This document shows, in pieces, positions 10,032-20,500 of a stretch of 64,000 nt of DNA. Source of the stretch: Candidatus Omnitrophota bacterium (GTDB lineage Bacteria; Omnitrophota; Gorgyraeia; Zapsychrales; JAHFFX01). Position numbers and translations under genes: made by a program. A model generated the notes under the pieces. That model worked only from the letters and a program-made list of their open reading frames with translations, had not been told where the DNA came from and made no database searches. The stretch is taken from assembly GCA_023247705.1 (NCBI GenBank), contig JAHFFY010000002.1, forward strand, positions 38,251 to 102,250, given 5' to 3'. How positions within the stretch are numbered: the first letter of the stretch is position 1; each line of letters starts with the position of its first letter.

Positions 10032-10638
10032 TTTTGATCCCCAAGGCCAGATCCAAAACAACCTCCGCCATCATCGCGGCGCAGGCCGTGACGCGCGGCG
10101 CCATCGGCGGATGGCCTTGCGTGCTGTCGGTTGAATGGTCGCCGACGATATAAACGTTTCCTACCTTACGCAGATTCATCGGTTTTTTTTCAAGAAGTCT
10201 TGCCATTCCGTTGCCGCTGATAATCCATTTGGTTTTGTTTTGATAATATTGCACGAACTGAAATTTCCATTGGGCCTGATCGAAGGCTTCAATAATAAAC
10301 GGGCAGCTGTGAAAATAGGCGGTGCCGGTTTCCGGCGTCCATTTGACATGGTGGACCAGCACTTCAACCTCCGGATTGATCTGCAGCAGGCGTTTTTTTA
10401 AGGTCTCGACTTTGACCGCGCCGATTTCATCGGCGAAATACTGTTGCCGGTTGAGATTCGAGGCGTCGATGACGTCCTGATCGACGATCTCAAAATGCTT
10501 AAAACCCGAGCGCGTCAGGATGACGGCGACATTGGAGCCAAGTCCGCCCGCGTCGCCGATGCCGATTTTAAGAGACTGGATTTTTTTAAGCTGGTCTCCG
10601 TTTAAATAACGTACAAGACCTTCTTCGAATGCGTTCAT
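10024..10638 (-). CDS. thiF: Sulfur carrier ThiS adenylyltransferase ThiF
   Basis: AGGLGS, D.D.IDASNLNRQ; thi operon context. Confidence 0.9.
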   Translation of the reverse strand: MNAFEEGLVRYLNGDQLKKIQSLKIGIGDAGGLGSNVAVILTRSGFKHFEIVDQDVIDASNLNRQQYFADEIGAVKVETLKKRLLQINPEVEVLVHHVKWTPETGTAYFHSCPFIIEAFDQAQWKFQFVQYYQNKTKWIISGNGMARLLEKKPMNLRKVGNVYIVGDHSTDSTQGHPPMAPRVTACAAMMAEVVLDLALGIKIN

Positions 10639-10641
10639 GAT

Positions 10642-11679
10642 TTAATGGGTTTTGATTATATTGTTCTGGATTCTCCGCCAGTCGGTAAATACCGGATCGA
10701 AATGCCGTTTCTTCAAAAGCGTGACGATGTCGGCCACGGAGCGCTGATCTTCGATGTCGAATTGGGGGTCTTGTTCCTCCCGGGATTTAAGCGTATATCC
10801 TCCGACGGAGGTGTTGGACCCGGCCGACATGCGGGTGATCCCCAGTTCCAGGGCGTGATTGCGCAGTTCACAAGATTCTCTGGTCGAGAGATTAATGCCG
10901 ACCCGCGGGAAAAGCGTTCGCGTCAAACAGACGATTTTAATAAAACAAAGATCATCCACGTGGCAGCGCATGAAATCTTCGCCTTTAATGGGTTTCAGCC
11001 GTGGAAACGAAAGACTGTATTCCACTCCGGGAAAATTTTTTTCCATTGAACGCAGATGATGGTATAAAGCGAAAAGATCAGTCGCCACATCCGAAAGCCC
11101 AAGCAAAATGCCCATGGAAATGCTCCGTAATCCCGCCCGGGCGGCGCGCTCCGGGGTCGTCACTCGGAAATCATAATCAGCCTTGATCCCGGAGAGATGG
11201 ACTTCATGATAACGTTTTCGGTCGTAGGTCTCCTGATAAACCGTGATCCCATCGGCACCGGCTGCAAATAATTCTTCGTACTCGTCTTGTTGCATCGGAT
11301 GGACTTCGAGGCTGATGTTGGGAAAATAATCTTTGGCGACACTGACCGCTTCGTTGAGATATTTAAGAGGGGTGAGCTGATAGGATTCGCCGGTCAAAAG
11401 AAGAATGTTTTCGATGCCTTGTTTCCCGACGAACGACATCTCTTGCCGCATTTCATCGGCGGTCAGCTTAAACCGTTTGATGCGATGGTGCGAATGAAAT
11501 CCGCAGTAGGTGCAATGGCTGCTGCAGTAATTGGATAAATATAAAGGGGCATAAAGCGAGATCGTGCGTCCAAAATATTGTTGCGTGAGCTGTTGGGATC
11601 GCCGGGCTAGTGTTTCCGTTGTTTCCGGATGGCGGTCGGCGAGAATATTTTTGATTTCATCGAGCGTGATCATGGTCAA
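10642..11679 (-). CDS. thiH: 2-iminoacetate synthase ThiH (radical SAM)
   Basis: [34 protein letters not shown]. Confidence 0.95.
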   Translation of the reverse strand: MTMITLDEIKNILADRHPETTETLARRSQQLTQQYFGRTISLYAPLYLSNYCSSHCTYCGFHSHHRIKRFKLTADEMRQEMSFVGKQGIENILLLTGESYQLTPLKYLNEAVSVAKDYFPNISLEVHPMQQDEYEELFAAGADGITVYQETYDRKRYHEVHLSGIKADYDFRVTTPERAARAGLRSISMGILLGLSDVATDLFALYHHLRSMEKNFPGVEYSLSFPRLKPIKGEDFMRCHVDDLCFIKIVCLTRTLFPRVGINLSTRESCELRNHALELGITRMSAGSNTSVGGYTLKSREEQDPQFDIEDQRSVADIVTLLKKRHFDPVFTDWRRIQNNIIKTH

Positions 11680-12472
11680 AAAGAAATCCGGTTAAAGGGG
11701 AAGAGGCGTCGGCGATTGTTTTAGGATGCGGCATTCGGCTTAAATAAGCCAACCGGCCCGCGGCGACCGCCAACGAAAATGATTGCGCTAAAAGCGCGGG
11801 CGACCCGGCGGTGGCCACAGCGGTATTGGCCAGGACCGCGGCGGCGCCGATTTCCATGGCTTCCGCCGCCTGGGAAGGCGAACCTATTCCGGCGTCGACA
11901 ATGATCGGCAAATCAATTTCATTGAGCAGAATCCGGATGAATTCTTTTGTTTTAAGGCCTTGATTGCTTCCGATCATCGAACCCAGCGGCATGACGGTCG
12001 CGGCCCCGGCCTTGACTAATTCGCGGGCGACATAGAGATCGGGATACATATAAGGAAGGGCGATAAAACCGTCTTTGACGAGGAGTTCGGTTGCTTTGAT
12101 GGTTTCCTGATTATCCGGGAGAAGATATTTGCTGTCATTGATGACTTCGATTTTGATCCAATCGCCGCAGCCGGATTCCCGGGCCAGACGCGCGATGCGC
12201 AGGGCTTCCGGTGCGTTGCGGGCGCCCGAGGTGTTGGTCAGCAGCGTAACGTTTTTGGGAATATATTCGAGGATGTTTTCCTGGTGACGTTCCAAATCGA
12301 TTCGGCGTAACGCGACGGTAACGATCTCGGTCCCGGAGGCAAGGATACTTTCTTTAAGGTCCAGTTTATTTTTAAATTTCCCAGTCCCTAAAAGAAAGCG
12401 GCTTTTAAATGCTCGCCCGGCGATGATTAAGGGTGTGTCTTTGATGGTGGTTGATAGGGTGTTTGTATTCAT
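11657..12472 (-). CDS. thiG: Thiazole synthase ThiG
   Basis: LGTGKF, VTVALRR, WIKIEV, VDAGIG. Confidence 0.97.
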   Translation of the reverse strand: MNTNTLSTTIKDTPLIIAGRAFKSRFLLGTGKFKNKLDLKESILASGTEIVTVALRRIDLERHQENILEYIPKNVTLLTNTSGARNAPEALRIARLARESGCGDWIKIEVINDSKYLLPDNQETIKATELLVKDGFIALPYMYPDLYVARELVKAGAATVMPLGSMIGSNQGLKTKEFIRILLNEIDLPIIVDAGIGSPSQAAEAMEIGAAAVLANTAVATAGSPALLAQSFSLAVAAGRLAYLSRMPHPKTIADASSPLTGFLFDHDHAR

Positions 12473-12487
12473 AATTTCAGTAAAATT

Positions 12488-12560
12488 CGTTTGCGGGTTA
12501 ACGGGTTTCGAGTGAACGAGTTAAAACTCGACAACTCGTTAAACCCGAAACTCGCTAACT
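12488..12560. repeat. Palindromic array of ~8-nt repeats
   Basis: (CGGGTT/CGAGTT)n followed by (AACTCG/AACCCG)n. Confidence 0.65.
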
Positions 12561-12564
12561 TAAA

Positions 12565-12765
12565 TCAACCTCCCCCGACAAAATTAACCAATTCAACCGT
12601 GTCGCCGTTGGATAAATTTTTCTCCGGCCACACCTGGCTTTTGATGATCGTTCCGTTGACTTCGGCGATGACATGCTGGGAGTCTTTGCAGAATTGTTCG
12701 ATCACTTTTTTGAGATTAACCGAAGAGGTGAATTCTTTTTCTTGTCCGTTAATTGTGATTTTCAT
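12565..12765 (-). CDS. thiS: Sulfur carrier protein ThiS
   Basis: 66 aa ending FVGGG. Confidence 0.95.
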   Translation of the reverse strand: MKITINGQEKEFTSSVNLKKVIEQFCKDSQHVIAEVNGTIIKSQVWPEKNLSNGDTVELVNFVGGG

Positions 12766-12994
12766 GGCGAACCTCGGGATTTAAATATATTTTCTGGGGA
12801 GATTGATTCGATTTTCTTCTCGAGACAGGAGTCATCTTAAATCACTTTTTTAGAAAATGCAAATGAAATATCGTTGCCGGTTTTGTGTGTGAAATTAATC
12901 GGGAATTATTGACTTCAAGAGTCACCGATGCGATAATCAATGCGTTTTAATAAACTTTTTTCCATTGATTCTTGGTCAATCACAGGTGTGATAC

Positions 12995-13402
12995 ATGTCA
13001 AAAGAAATCACCGCGGATTTGGAAGCCTGTAAAACCTGCAAGGCCGGATCCTGCTGTTATGAAGGCGCCGAACTCACCTTAAGAGAATTGAAAATAATCA
13101 TCAAATACAATCCTCCTGTCGCCAAACCTTGGTTTCGTCTGGTGAAAAAATCCGAGAAACCCGACGGGGTTCATGATTTTTCCACGATTGTCCGCAACGG
13201 GACGTGTGTCTTCCAGGATAAAAATAATTTGTGCACCGTCTATAAAGTCCGGCCGCATTACTGCCGGGATTTTCCCTTGGAAGACGGAAAGACGGCGCCG
13301 CATTATAAAAGACTGTGCGTTTTGTTTCATGAAAAATGGGCGCACAACAGCAATACGCGCCGCGTTTACGAAGAAAGAGAGAATTCCGCAGAAAAAAAGT
13401 AG
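12995..13402 (+). CDS. YkgJ family cysteine-cluster (Zn/Fe-chelating) protein
   Basis: CxxC...CC, CVF....CTVY..RP..CR.FP. Confidence 0.85.
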   Translation: MSKEITADLEACKTCKAGSCCYEGAELTLRELKIIIKYNPPVAKPWFRLVKKSEKPDGVHDFSTIVRNGTCVFQDKNNLCTVYKVRPHYCRDFPLEDGKTAPHYKRLCVLFHEKWAHNSNTRRVYEERENSAEKK

Positions 13403-13573
13403 ATTTTTTATTTGATTTGTAGTATAAGGTTGTATAATTATTTTCGAAATTCATAAATAATTCGAAAATTTCAGTTGAGGTCAGGAAACGAACGCAATGG
13501 TTTTTCTTAACTGCAGCTGAAATTTCTTAGTTTTAACCAACCCGGCAAGATACACGGGACGAAAGTGGGCAAA

Positions 13574-13615
13574 ATGAGAGGGAAGATGCACTATCAGAAG
13601 GAGGATTCCGATTAA
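13574..13615 (+). other. Upstream ORF MRGKMHYQKEDSD whose stop overlaps the probable speD start
   Basis: ATG 13574 to TAA 13613-13615; GAT-TAA overlaps ATT 13611-13613. Confidence 0.4.
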
Positions 13616-14102
13616 GACGACCGAAAAAAATCAAGTTTTTGGTTATCAACTGCTTTTAGATCTTTACGATTGCAAACTAGGAGTGTGTGATGATTTGGGT
13701 CTGTGCTATCAATTCCTGGATGAGATCGTTAGTGATTTAGGAATGGAAAAACAATCTCCTCCAAGCATCTTCCGCAGCGATGCGGTCCGTTTCCCGGATA
13801 AAGCCGGTCTCTCCGGTTGGGCTCCATTAATTGAAAGTTCTGTGGTGATCCATACGTTATCGCCGAAGAATTATATCTCGATTGACGTGTACTGCTGCAA
13901 ATGTTTTAGCCTGGAGGTAGCGAAGAATGTCTGCCGTAAATTTTTTGCGCCGAAAAAAATCGATGAGCAATATATTGAGCGCGGGATGGATTACTATAAG
14001 ACCGACACGAATTATCACACGATGACCGTGAAAAAAGGAAGTGTGAAAGCGCCTGAGGTCACGATCAATAAAAAAGAGCCGCAATTGGCCTCGAGCCGTT
14101 AA
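13611..14102 (+). CDS. speD: Pyruvoyl-dependent S-adenosylmethionine decarboxylase family proenzyme, probable ATT start
   Basis: FGYQLLLDLYDC N-terminal strand lies upstream of the GTG in the ORF track; GLSG...LIESSVVIHT...IDVYCC...ERG; AAGGAGG 6 nt before ATT. Confidence 0.8.
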   Translation: MKTTEKNQVFGYQLLLDLYDCKLGVCDDLGLCYQFLDEIVSDLGMEKQSPPSIFRSDAVRFPDKAGLSGWAPLIESSVVIHTLSPKNYISIDVYCCKCFSLEVAKNVCRKFFAPKKIDEQYIERGMDYYKTDTNYHTMTVKKGSVKAPEVTINKKEPQLASSR

Positions 14103-14127
14103 TCAGTTTTTTCAAATATATTGTTTA

Positions 14128-14168
14128 GGAGGGGGGGATTATATGACGCATATGACCCCCCTTTTTTT
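14128..14168 (+). terminator. Intrinsic terminator after speD
   Basis: G-run...C-run stem followed by T7. Confidence 0.65.
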
Positions 14169-14186
14169 ATCCTTAGGTATTGAGAA

Positions 14187-14297
14187 AGTTAACGCGTTCG
14201 CGGGTTTGCTGGTTCAACGAGTTGGTTGTCGTGTTGTCCCGTTTAAGAACAGTCCGAATAATCCGTTAAACGCGTAAACTCGACAACCCGCAAACGA
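14187..14297. repeat. Second palindromic ~8-nt repeat array
   Basis: CGCGTT/CGGGTT/CGAGTT units then AACGCG/AACTCG/AACCCG units. Confidence 0.6.
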
Positions 14298-14315
14298 TTA
14301 TAAATATTTAAACCT

Positions 14316-16802
14316 ATGCCTTACTCAACCGACGAAATCAAACGCATCGAAACCAAATGGCAGGGCATTTGGCACGACAAAAAAATTTTTAAAGTCGATG
14401 TCGACCCCAAGAAAAAGAAATACTATGTGCTCGAGATGTTTCCCTATCCTTCGGGAAAAATCCATATGGGCCATGTCCGCAATTACACGATCGCCGATGT
14501 GATCGCCCGTTTCAAGATGATGCAGGGGTATCATGTCCTTCATCCGATCGGCTACGACGCCTTCGGCCAGCCCGCTGAAAACGCCGCGATCAAACATAAA
14601 GTCGATCCCGCCGAATGGACGTACCGCTGTATCGACCAGATGCGCGAAGAGCTGAAGAAGATGGGGTTCTCCTATGATTGGGATCGTGAATTATCGACGT
14701 GTGATGCACAATATTACCGCTGGAACCAGTGGATTTTTTTAAAGATGTTCGAAAAAGGTTTGGCTTATAAAAAAGCCTCATCGGTCAATTGGTGCCCGAG
14801 CTGCGAGACGACTCTGGCGAACGAAGAAGTGATTCAGGGCGAATGCTGGCGGTGTAAGTCAACGGTCGTCCAGAAAGACCTTGAGCAATGGTATTTGAAG
14901 ATCACGCAGTACGCCGAGGATCTTTTCGAAGATTTGCAACAATTGAACCACTGGCCGCCGCGCGTCATCACGATGCAAGAAAACTGGATCGGCAAGAGCC
15001 AAGGTGTTGAGATTTATTTCAAGATTCAGAAAACCGGCGAGACGTTGACTGTGTTCACGACCCGGCCGGACACGATTTTCGGTGCGACGTATGTTGTTTT
15101 GGCCCCGGAACATCCTCTCGTTAAAAAATTGGTTGTCGGAACGTCTCACGAAAAAAATGTTTTGTCGTTTGTCGACAAGGTTGCGAAGGAAAGTAAAAGC
15201 GACCGCCTGTCCGGCGATTTGAAAAAGGAAGGGATCTTCGCCGGACAATACGCGATCAATCCCGTTAATCAGGAAACGATCCCGATCTGGATCGCTGATT
15301 ACGTCCTGATGGAATACGGGACCGGGGCCATCATGGCGGTGCCGACGCACGACCAGCGCGATTTTTTATTTGCCAAAGAACATCAGTTGCCGATGCGGAT
15401 TGTTATCCAGGATGCGGTCAATCCTCAGCAACGACCCTCAGATCTCAAAGAAGCGTATGAAGGCGACGGTCTTCAGATAAATTCCGGAATCTTTAACGGT
15501 ATATCCAATCAAGAAGGGTTAAAGAGGATCGCGGCGTGGATGGAAGGAAATAAAATGGGAAAGATCATCGTACATTGGCGTCTGCGCGACTGGTTGATTT
15601 CGCGGCAGCGTTATTGGGGGACACCGATTCCCATGATCTATTGTCAGAGTTGCGGAATTGTCCCGGTCTCGGAACAACAATTGCCTGTCGAACTCCCTAA
15701 AAATATCAAGATCTCTGGCCAGGGCGGAAGCCCATTGGCTCAATCTGCGGAATTTATCGAAACGACCTGCCCGCGCTGTCAAAAACCGGCGCGCCGCGAG
15801 ACCGATACCATGGCGACGTTTTTTGATTCGTCCTGGTACTTTTTGCGATTTGGTTCAGCCAATAATAATGAAAAAGTTTTTGATCCGAAAGAAGCCGCCT
15901 ACTGGATGCCGGTCGATCAATATATCGGCGGGATTGAGCATGCCATTCTTCATTTATTGTATTCCCGGTTTTTCACGAAATTTTTCAAGGACCTCGGGCT
16001 GATTGGATTTTCCGAACCGTTTTATCGTCTCTTGACGCAAGGGATGGTTTTAAAAGACGGTGAGGTTATGTCTAAATCACGAGGCAACACCGTTGACCCG
16101 GATCTGGTCATCGAAAAATACGGCGCGGACACATTGCGGTTGTTTATTTTGTTCGCGGCACCTCCGGAAGATCAGCTGGAATGGAATGACAACGCGATCG
16201 AAGGGTCATGGAAGTTTTTGTCCCGTGTCTGGAATTTGATTGAGAATAAATATAAAAAAGAAGATCACTTTGTCAGCAAGGGCATGACGAATGCGGCCGC
16301 GGACCAGGAAGACAAGTCGATCGAACGCGAGCGGAATCTGGCCATAAAGAAAGTTACGGAAGATATTTCGAATGGTTTTAAATTTAATACCGCGATCAGC
16401 GCAATGATGGTTTTGGTCAACAAGATTGAACGTTATCAAGTGGAAGGACATTTCAAACAAAAAACAGTCAATGACGCGATCAAAACATTGGTTTTACTGC
16501 TGGCCCCTTTTACCCCGCACGTCTGCGAGGAGTTGTGGCGGATCATGGGCGGGGCCGAAGAGAGTGTGGCCCGCGTGGCGTGGCCGTCGGTGGATGAGAA
16601 GGCCATGATCCAGGATGTCGTTTCGATCGTTGTTCAGGTGAACGGCAAGTTAAGAGGCAAGTTTGATGTCGCCCCGGACGTCGATGAAGAGCATTTAAAG
16701 AAACTGATTACCGCCGATCCCAGAATCCAGGCGCATCTGGAAGGCAAGGCGGTCAAGAAATTGATCGTGGTGCCGAACAAGTTGGTGAATATCGTCGTGT
16801 AA
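14316..16802 (+). CDS. leuS: Leucine--tRNA ligase
   Basis: MFPYPSG..HMGH, TTRPDT, VMSKS. Confidence 0.98.
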   Translation: MPYSTDEIKRIETKWQGIWHDKKIFKVDVDPKKKKYYVLEMFPYPSGKIHMGHVRNYTIADVIARFKMMQGYHVLHPIGYDAFGQPAENAAIKHKVDPAEWTYRCIDQMREELKKMGFSYDWDRELSTCDAQYYRWNQWIFLKMFEKGLAYKKASSVNWCPSCETTLANEEVIQGECWRCKSTVVQKDLEQWYLKITQYAEDLFEDLQQLNHWPPRVITMQENWIGKSQGVEIYFKIQKTGETLTVFTTRPDTIFGATYVVLAPEHPLVKKLVVGTSHEKNVLSFVDKVAKESKSDRLSGDLKKEGIFAGQYAINPVNQETIPIWIADYVLMEYGTGAIMAVPTHDQRDFLFAKEHQLPMRIVIQDAVNPQQRPSDLKEAYEGDGLQINSGIFNGISNQEGLKRIAAWMEGNKMGKIIVHWRLRDWLISRQRYWGTPIPMIYCQSCGIVPVSEQQLPVELPKNIKISGQGGSPLAQSAEFIETTCPRCQKPARRETDTMATFFDSSWYFLRFGSANNNEKVFDPKEAAYWMPVDQYIGGIEHAILHLLYSRFFTKFFKDLGLIGFSEPFYRLLTQGMVLKDGEVMSKSRGNTVDPDLVIEKYGADTLRLFILFAAPPEDQLEWNDNAIEGSWKFLSRVWNLIENKYKKEDHFVSKGMTNAAADQEDKSIERERNLAIKKVTEDISNGFKFNTAISAMMVLVNKIERYQVEGHFKQKTVNDAIKTLVLLLAPFTPHVCEELWRIMGGAEESVARVAWPSVDEKAMIQDVVSIVVQVNGKLRGKFDVAPDVDEEHLKKLITADPRIQAHLEGKAVKKLIVVPNKLVNIVV

Positions 16803-16891
16803 ACAATTGTTGAACATTTTTTCCCCGATCAGACTTCCCATTTTCCTTTCTTGAGACGTCGTAAGTTTTCTCTCCGGATCATTATGAGATC

Positions 16892-17230
16892 ATGAATATG
16901 TTTACCAAACAGGAAAAGATTGTTTTGATTTTTTTGATGAGCGTTTTGCTTTTTGGGACGGTTTTGCAATATTGCTTTAAGAAAAATCCTCAATGGGCGC
17001 AGAATTTTTCGGTCCTCGAAAGTCATCGGTCATACGTTAAAATTAATTTGAATACGGCAACTCCTCAAGAGCTGGAAGCACTTCCGTTTATCGGTCCAAC
17101 CCTCGCGCAGCGGATCATTGATTATCGCAAAATCCACGGGTCTTTTTTTTCGCTGGAAGAACTCAAGATGGTCCAAGGCCTGAACCAAGGGGTTTTAAAT
17201 AAAATCACTCCGTTCCTCAAGGTTGACTGA
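16892..17230 (+). CDS. comEA: ComEA-like helix-hairpin-helix DNA receptor
   Basis: N-terminal TM; INLNTAT..EL..LP.IGP.LA.RII.YR. Confidence 0.85.
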   Translation: MNMFTKQEKIVLIFLMSVLLFGTVLQYCFKKNPQWAQNFSVLESHRSYVKINLNTATPQELEALPFIGPTLAQRIIDYRKIHGSFFSLEELKMVQGLNQGVLNKITPFLKVD

Positions 17231-17285
17231 TTTTGGGGATTAGTTTGGTAGATAAAAGATAGATGCTTCACACATAAGAAATATC

Positions 17286-17420
17286 TTGACTCGTTGACGG
17301 AATATACATACTATACTTTCCTAAATAAGAAAGATTCTTCAAGCTGTTTAATCTCCTCCTTTTTTTATCCATCTACCTTTTGAGATCCGCCTTGACAGTA
17401 TTCTCCGTCAACTTTAGAAT
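17286..17420 (+). promoter_or_regulatory. Two sigma70-like promoters sharing a 15-bp spacer motif in opposite orientations
   Basis: TTGACT-N17-TACTAT (17286-17314) and TTGACA-N17-TAGAAT (17392-17420). Confidence 0.55.
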
Positions 17421-17519
17421 AATCGGAAATTGCTTCCAATTCCATTGTCCTTTTATTCATTAAAATTTTTCAGAGAAAAAAGGTTCGTGTTGACGATCGT
17501 TTCTCCAAGGGGTGTATGA

Positions 17520-20500
17520 ATGAAGCGGTTTCTGATTCTATTGGTTTTAAATCTTTCTCTATGCTCATCAACGGTTTTCATCTGGGCTGAAGAATCCGGT
17601 CCCGGCGTTCTTTCTGCCGCGCATAACGAAACCGAATCCGCTTCCGCCGAAACCATTTTGCAGACCATCCAGGATTTGGAATCTGCACGCGATCCGAAAT
17701 GTTACGCTACGGCGACCCGGTTGGAAAATATGATCTACGGGATCCCTTTAAAAGACGAAGCCCGATTTAAGAAAATCGATCTGCAAAAGGCATTGATCCG
17801 ACGGGTTTGGCAGAACGCTTCATCGGCCGTCAAAGCCAAAGGTGTCGCCGGGGCCCGTGTGAGCAAAGAAGACCTTCAGTTGGTCGTTCAAAAGATTTTG
17901 TATTATTCCAGAACCAAAGACGAAGATTTTATAGTGGAGATCCCTTCTCAAGAGCCGCGCATCATCAAGAAGCTGCGTTTTTCCCAATACACCTCAGTGG
18001 CCTATGCCCTGCGGGCGATTTTTGCCGTACAGCAGGATGAACTATTATTGAATGACCATGATGAACTGGTGCCTTTAGATCAAGACGCGATTGCTTTTCT
18101 GAAAGAAGTGGTGGATGTTTACACGATGATCGCGCTGGATCTGGCCAGCTTTGAGGCGCGCCGGGTCGATCAGCGTTTGATTTCCGCGGAGTTGATCACG
18201 AAGGTATGGAAATCAATTTCTTGGTTAAATCCGCCGGATGCGCAACCCAACTCTCCGCAGCGATCCGTTGTCCTATCCGACCGTGTTTTAAAAAATCAAT
18301 CGGCGATTCTGCAAGAACTGATCGACCGTAAGATCACGGCCTTTGCGGCTTATAATAATACCGTGCCCCTTGAACAAAAAGACAACCTGCTTTTTAAAAT
18401 GATGAGTGAATCGTACGCGCGGGCTCCATTTCCCAAAGAAGAAAACGCCCGATGGGCGATTAAAGAGATGCTGGAAAAGATTTTGATCCAATTTGCGATG
18501 GATGTATTGTTAAAATCCCAGGAGATCGCGCAGGATCGACGTCATCCTTTGGTCACCGCCCAGGACGCTTATACCGCCAGCCAGGCGATCGCGCCTCACG
18601 TCGTTGACGATCATGAGACCGTGATTTTTTTCCCCAATCTTCACCAGGAAGATAAAATTGTTCTAGCCAATTATGATTCCGATTCTTTCCGTGATTTTGG
18701 AACACATTGGCAGGTTCTGAAAGATGTCTTCCAAAAAGATCAGGATATTCGCATCAAAACGAATCTTGACCCGTTTGCCACCGAGATCGTGACCGAAGCA
18801 ATCGCCCAGTACGGGGTGCTAGTGCTTCGTGTGGCTGGAAACAGCGTCAACCGAGAATCCAAACTCAAGAGAGGTGCTCTTGTTGTAACGCCGCGGGATC
18901 TTGAACAAGGCAAAAAATCCATCGACGCATCGGTGAAATTAAATGCGCAAACGAAAGCGGCACTGGTTGAACCGGAGAAAATTATTTCCGCTCCCGGAGA
19001 GTATAATCCTCTTGAGATTAAGGAACCGTTTTTCAGCGATATCACTCGAAAAGTGAAAATCAATTTTGAGCACCGGCTATCGGATTGGTTTGTTCAGTGG
19101 ATCAACGCACCGGATGAGAAAGGGCATGATCGTGTTCTCATCAACAGCGGGGGTGTTGCTGCTGAGGATATTAATAATGATGGTTATCCGGATATTTTGT
19201 TGGTCGGCGGTGGAGGGAACCAATTGCTGATCAATGACGGAAAGGGCCATTTTATCAACAAGACCAAACAAGCCGGGATCAATTTTGTCCGGGAAGACGG
19301 TTCCAAGGGCGAACCGCGCCAGCCGATCATCGCGGATTTCGACAACGACGGATGGCAGGACATTTTGATCACATATGTGGATGACCAGCACCGCCTTTAC
19401 CGCAACATCGACGGAGTTCACTTTGAAGATCTCTCTGCGAAGATCAATTTAGGGGGCAAGGGCATGATCGGCGGGCCGGTGACGGTTTTTGATTTCGACC
19501 AGGACGGTCTGCTCGATATTTATATCGGCTATTACGGCCGCGAGCTGGCGCCGGAACGGCGGTCTGCTTTAGCGGCGTACTTGTATCAGAAGAAGAAGAA
19601 AGGTTTAGGGGCTGCTAGAAGCCAAAGAAAAACTTCCGGCGCTCTGGGAATCGGAGACCCTGCTCAACCCAAAACCAGTTCAGATTTATTCAACACCGGT
19701 TCTTCTGCAGACCTTCCCATTGGCCCAACGCTGAATCTGGATAATAAGAATGCTGCGCCCAACGCGTTGTTGCGCAATTTGGGCGGATTTAATTTCAAGG
19801 ATGTTGCTAAAGGAAGTGGCGCCGAAAATCACCGCTGGACGACCGCGGCCGCGCACACCGATATTGACGGCGACGGTAAACAGGATATCGTTGTGTCTAA
19901 CGATTTCGGTAAAAAAACGATTCTGTTGAATAAAGGCGACGGAAGATTCAAGGACGAGGCGGACGCCCTGGGGATTACCGAGACGTATCATTCGATGAAT
20001 GTGGGGATTGCGGATTTAAACCACGATGATTTTCCGGACATTTATTTTTCAAACATTAACTCCATGTTAAAAAACGCCAAGTACACGTTTCCTAACGCCG
20101 GCACGCCGCTTGACACGACCCCCGGGAATATCGCGAAAATGATTTATAACGAAACAAGCACGTTGTATCTTTCGAAAGTTAAAGATGGCAAATTGCTCAC
20201 ATATGTCCTTTGCGATGATTTCAAGAAAGGCGCGGACGATCTGGGCTGGGCGTGGGACGCGGATTTTTTTGATTTTGATAATGACGGCGACGATGATTTG
20301 TATGTTTTAAACGGATACAATGATTATGCCCAGCGCAAGAATTTGCAATTAAGTCATAATGCCGTGGTCATGTCGGTTTTGACAAAAGTTCATCCCCTGT
20401 TAGAAGAGAATCGTGATTACAAAATTTTTTTCGTCAATCAGGACGGACAAATGGTTAATTTTTCGGATGAGAGCGGGGCGAAGCTGAAAGGGTATTCGTC

